A stretch of DNA of 64,000 bases from Penicillus capitatus (Eukaryota > Plantae > Chlorophyta), in the NCBI GenBank assembly GCA_965649825.1, contig OZ287696.1, positions 1,460,081 to 1,524,080 of the forward strand, written 5' to 3'. Below, piece after piece: positions 59,718-64,000 of this stretch (the first letter of the stretch is position 1; each line of letters opens with the position of its first letter). Below the pieces are notes generated by a model. The model searched no databases. It saw only the letters and a program-made list of their open reading frames with translations, and was not told the DNA's origin. The position numbers and the translations under genes were made by a program.

Positions 59718-60972
59718 ATGTTTCCTCACGCGCCTCAGTCGGACGTTGTCTTGGCCTCTCACAAAGTAAAGGCCAGAAATATTCAGCGGAACTTCGCAGT
59801 ACCGTCCAGGACCGGAGCTACGAGGCGCAGATCGTTTCAGCCGTCGAGGACGCCATTCAGCAACTCCTCTCACGACGAACGGTCCAGCGATTCAAACGGT
59901 TTGCTCCGTTTACCGTCATAACCTAATAACTGGCTTCCTGCAGAGAGATTCAATTCTTGGGCGAACTTCTGTATAATCTGCTCACAACAGGACGTGGGTT
60001 GCAGTCCTTGGGCGAAGAATACTGTGCTATCCATCAAGTGACAGGTGAGACCAATGATTAGTGAGAAGGCCACGCGAAATTTCGGTTGGCTGGTCGGTTG
60101 GTTGTTAGTGACGGGACATTTGCCGCCGAAATGGCAACGTGGGCTCTTTGTCTTGTGCAAAGTGGTGGTGCCTTATGTCATCGATCACTTATCCAAGCAA
60201 CAGATCCTCGTGCATCTCATGCCTCGACATCCGAGACCATCTGATCCTGGACCATCCAACATTCACTCTATGGACATGGAAGCGCAGCAACCGAGCGACA
60301 TATATGTATTCCTTGCCTCATCTTACCAACAGCTGCGCCATTGGTGCCTACGCCACTCCGAAAATATTCAGTGAGCACGATCAAGTCATGCATGCGTTGT
60401 GTGAGAGGATGGATGTTTGGCTGGACAGGAGAGGCATGGAATGGATGTCGAAGGCTCAAATGGTCTTCTTCTACGTTTCTGGCTCTTACTATCTCATGAG
60501 CCACCGAGTGGCCAGAATTAAGCTCTTCAATCTCGAAGGGGTCTACCACACGTAACCGTCGCTCCTGTCGGTTGAGTACCTACTCTATGGTGTGCATGTC
60601 GTGTTCAGGGTTCCACAGTTCTATCTGTTAGGAATCCTGCTCCTGTTGCAGTTTCCCATGGCACTGATGGACAGCCGTGGTGTGGTGTATTCGAGAGAGC
60701 CACCCTCAACCCTTCCCATTCCCATGCTGGATGTCAACGGCGACGCCCTCATTGATGTCGATCACAGCGGCGGGCAGTGCGAGGAAGACAGTCGTGCTAC
60801 GAAGTGCCCTCTGTGTTTGGATAACTGCGTCCATGCCACCAGTCTCCCCTGTGGCCATGTCTTTTGCTGGAAATGCATCTCGGAATGGGTGCAAGAAAAG
60901 GAAAAGTGTCCGATCTGTCGAACGACGACGGCGCTTCCATCTCTTCTGCCAATTTACCAGGCAGATTTCTAA
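59718..60972 (+). CDS. PEX10: Peroxisome biogenesis RING protein PEX10, multi-exon
   Basis: MFPHAPQSDVV, QSLGEEYC, FYVSGSYYLMSHRVA and a C3HC4 RING (CPLC..PCGHVFCWKC..CPICR). Confidence 0.9.
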
Positions 60973-61056
60973 AATCGCCAAAATTTACAGGATAGCGAGA
61001 AAAGAGACAATGCCATGAACAGATCGATCAATCGATCCACAAAGATCACAGTATTA

Positions 61057-61578
61057 TTAGTCCTCCTTGCACTCATGCGTCGCTGCGGCGTGGTTTAGAC
61101 GACTCGCGTGTCGCATGGCAGAGATGCGGGGAGAAGTGCTCGGGGATGCGAACTCCTGTGCCTTTTCAAGCGCCAGGATGGCCCCTCTCTGCAAGACACC
61201 GTATGCCTTATCCCTCCAGAGACAAGATTTTTGATCCAGCCATTGCTGTGCCTCTTCCACGGCGGCATCGATCTCGGACTCATGTTTGTTTAGATAAGCA
61301 GACAGAAATCGCTCGTAGATGATCTGCGCGCCTTGCGTTTGCGGATGCCATAGATAGAGAGCGAAGAAGATTTTGAAGAGACGGTAGAAGGGTATCCAGA
61401 AGAGAAGGATGTCCGTCTGGAATTCGATCGTTGTGCAAAAGGCCAGAACACACCAGTAGATGATCCAGTGTCGAGATTCTTCCTGGTGTCCATACTGTAA
61501 TGCTTTGTGCGTAAGATAGGCGGGCCAGAGGTACGCCACACCATTCTTGACCGCATGTAATGCGAATCCGATCGCCAT
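61057..61578 (-). CDS. HVA22/TB2-DP1 (REEP-like) protein
   Basis: YLWPAYLTHKAL, HWIIYW, WIPFY..KIFFALYLWHPQTQGAQIIYERFL. Confidence 0.88.
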   Translation of the reverse strand: MAIGFALHAVKNGVAYLWPAYLTHKALQYGHQEESRHWIIYWCVLAFCTTIEFQTDILLFWIPFYRLFKIFFALYLWHPQTQGAQIIYERFLSAYLNKHESEIDAAVEEAQQWLDQKSCLWRDKAYGVLQRGAILALEKAQEFASPSTSPRISAMRHASRLNHAAATHECKED

Positions 61579-62357
61579 GATATCGATCGCCTCGATGCAC
61601 AGCTGTGATTTAATGACAGAACCGATGAAGCTGCACAGAAGCTGCCCTGATGTCTTGTTCCGAGGTAGATTGGGTGCAGCAGCAGTCTACAGTATCCTTG
61701 AAGCGATCGACCGTAGAGACCAAGAGGTAACGCGATGTCGACGTCAGATTGATGTATTAAAGCGCATCGGTCCAAGCGGCATTTCGACCATCAGTCGTTT
61801 GGCCTTTCGCAATTATTGAGCGGAAAACAACCCACAAATAAACTCAAAACAACGAAGCCCCTTTTTAGTGAGTCGGAAGACGAAACTCGCCAAGAATCCT
61901 TTTTACCCCGAAGAATCCGGAGGAGAATCTAAAGCTGCAAAGCGTTCACAACTTCTGAGCAAACTGTGTCTGTTATCTGCTCCTCCCAGCCCACAGCGAA
62001 AGCCACGACCCTAACTTGTTTCACTTCCCTCAAGTAAGCTTTTTTAGAGTGAAATTTTTCGATAGAGACGGCGCCGGCAGGAAACGTGCTTGCGGTTACG
62101 CCCGCGGACACTAAACGAACTCTACGCCAGTCGTTTGTGGCCATATTGTTTGACGATTGTCCTTTTGTTTTCCCCCAGAGCATCAAAGGCCTTGCGACGT
62201 CTATCTGCTCTTCCTTGTCAAGGTGTGCTATACCGAAACGATTTCGAAGCTGCCGTCGCGGCTCGTCTCGCAACTGGTGACGTGTGCTGAGTCTATCTGT
62301 GTGGTGCTGGTGCTGTAGACCTAAAGTTCCAAGGAATTTTTGGGTTAACCTTTGACG

Positions 62358-64000
62358 ATGCAAAGCGCAGACTTGCAAGCCTGTCTCGGTTTTCTACAGG
62401 CGATACATTTTAGCGCCAAAGTAGCCAATGTCAATAAAGAAGTATGCCAAAGTCTCTCGCGTGTCATCGGGCGCATCCGCCCCTGTCTGGAAGAAGTTGA
62501 CATGGCCGAGCCAGAAAACGGCGAACAGCATCATTCTTCGCTGCGTAATGCCAAACCGACCCATCTTCCGTATGGGACGCCAATTTGGGTTTCGCGATGA
62601 TTCTAGGTATGATAGAAACCTCTCTCGAGAGCATTCATGTGGCCATTGGACGGTTCTCCACTATGGGATACTTGCAGTCCGTATTGGAGGCTCAAGCCAT
62701 GTGCGATAACTTCTCCAGGAGTCGGGATTCCATGATCGAGGCACTCGAAGACTTGGCACATAGTCGGAATACAGTAGGCTGGCTCCTTCTTCTACCCAAC
62801 GGCTCTCATGTCCTGTGATGATGTCAGTGCTCGACGAAAGACTGGCGGGATGATGTACAACGTATCTGTGAACTGCTGAAAGGTCTGCGTTTTGAGGACT
62901 GCGATCATCTGCGAATTGCAAAGAGTGTACATCACACTTCGCGGCAGATCATCGACGGAGATATTTCCCTCAAAAACGGGCAAGTGATCATCAGAAGCCA
63001 GCTGCTGGCCACGCGGAACATCGGTCCCAAGGCCATGCAAGAAGAAATACAAGGATTGGAAAGAGAGCTGTCTAGAGCTAGAGTAGAAAAAGAAGAACAC
63101 GAAGTGGAAGAACTCCACACGGTTGGCTCCTGTCCCATCAACCTCGATCTCCTTCACGATCTCTCTCTGTGTGTCTCTGTAGATTATACGTGCGCTGAAA
63201 CAGAGTTCCACTGACTCTGAACAAGATTCCCGACCGCAACCACCTGTCGAGTACTTGTGCCCAATATCGCAGCGCATAATGAAGGATCCCGTCGTTTTGG
63301 TGGAGACTGGGCAGACCTACGACAGGAAATACATCGAAGAGTGGTTCGGTCGAGGAAATAGAACGTGCCCAGCAACGAAGCAATCCGTTACAGAACTTAA
63401 CTTGACAACTAACTATGCCCTGAAAAGCCTCGCGGGTTCATGGCTGGATGTCAATTGGGGAGGCATAGATGATGATGGTGATGACGGTGACGGTGGGGAT
63501 AGTATCATCTTTCATCGAAGCGATGAACCCGCTGAGGCCAGCGATCCAAAGAAAGCCACGACGTCTGTCGATGATGCTAAGGCACAGGTTAAGGGTGCCA
63601 TGAACGTTGACGGTTACCCGACAACGATTCACTGCGGATACAGCAGAGTCGATGCGCCGTGCGTCAGCCAGGTACTAATGTCAGCTGCTTCTTCGGTTGA
63701 CTCGACATCATTAATCGCGAAGAAGGGTATTGAAAGTTGTGGCGCGTCAAGGGAGTCGTACAGCGGAAAGAATCAGCTTTATTCCTCGCAGAAAGAAGAT
63801 CATAAGGAAGCTAAAGCAAAGTGCGTTGAAGGTATCCATTCGAAGAAACAAGACATGCAAACCGCAAACGTAGTAAACCCTCTCGCCGCAGCAACGGCTA
63901 CTAACACATCTTTCAACTTGGGTAAGTTGCTTGAAACGGGCCGCCCTGTTCACAGTGGAATGGTCTTAGGAGCATTGAGGGGTGACGCGCGACACGGCGT
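62358..64000 (+). CDS. Plant-type U-box E3 ligase (PUB-like); runs off the window edge
   Basis: N-terminal helical domain and U-box PPVEYLCPISQRIMKDPVVLVETGQTYDRKYIEEWFGRGNRTCPAT...NYALKSL. Confidence 0.85.

Overview
Eukaryotic nuclear DNA from a very gene-dense genome with short (~40-60 nt) spliceosomal introns and the standard genetic code. Plastid-targeted genes, a flagellar docking-complex gene and an algal-type transferrin point to a green alga (inference). The window holds about 25 host genes: fibrillarin, a divergent TBP, a VWA protein, plastid RPL9, Ufd2, lipin, a four-lobed transferrin, NIPA-like, ADAL, CemA-like, AN1 zinc finger, strictosidine synthase-like, ODA-DC1-like, organellar TopA, ACBP, bystin, NDUFV2, a P1B ATPase, PEX10, HVA22, a U-box ligase, two pseudokinases and a Toc75 pseudogene. 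The main find is an intact, very young 8.4 kb Ty3/gypsy-type LTR retroelement (11006-19426) with apparently identical 625 bp LTRs and a CCGTG target-site duplication. Its ORF1, in the gag position, is a multi-pass membrane protein with no capsid domain I can recognise, fused to a CCHC knuckle and an aspartic protease. A -1 frameshift signal leads into pol, which begins with a degenerate dUTPase-like domain. A third ORF, preceded by its own TATA box, encodes a second membrane-anchored protein carrying a degenerate copy of the protease. Other notable features are a cluster of three orphan 8-Cys membrane proteins, an intronless double-PUF protein, divergent gene pairs whose first ATGs overlap in a CATG, and a ~1 kb hairpin-dense non-coding segment. 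All gene boundaries were read by eye; no database searches were run.
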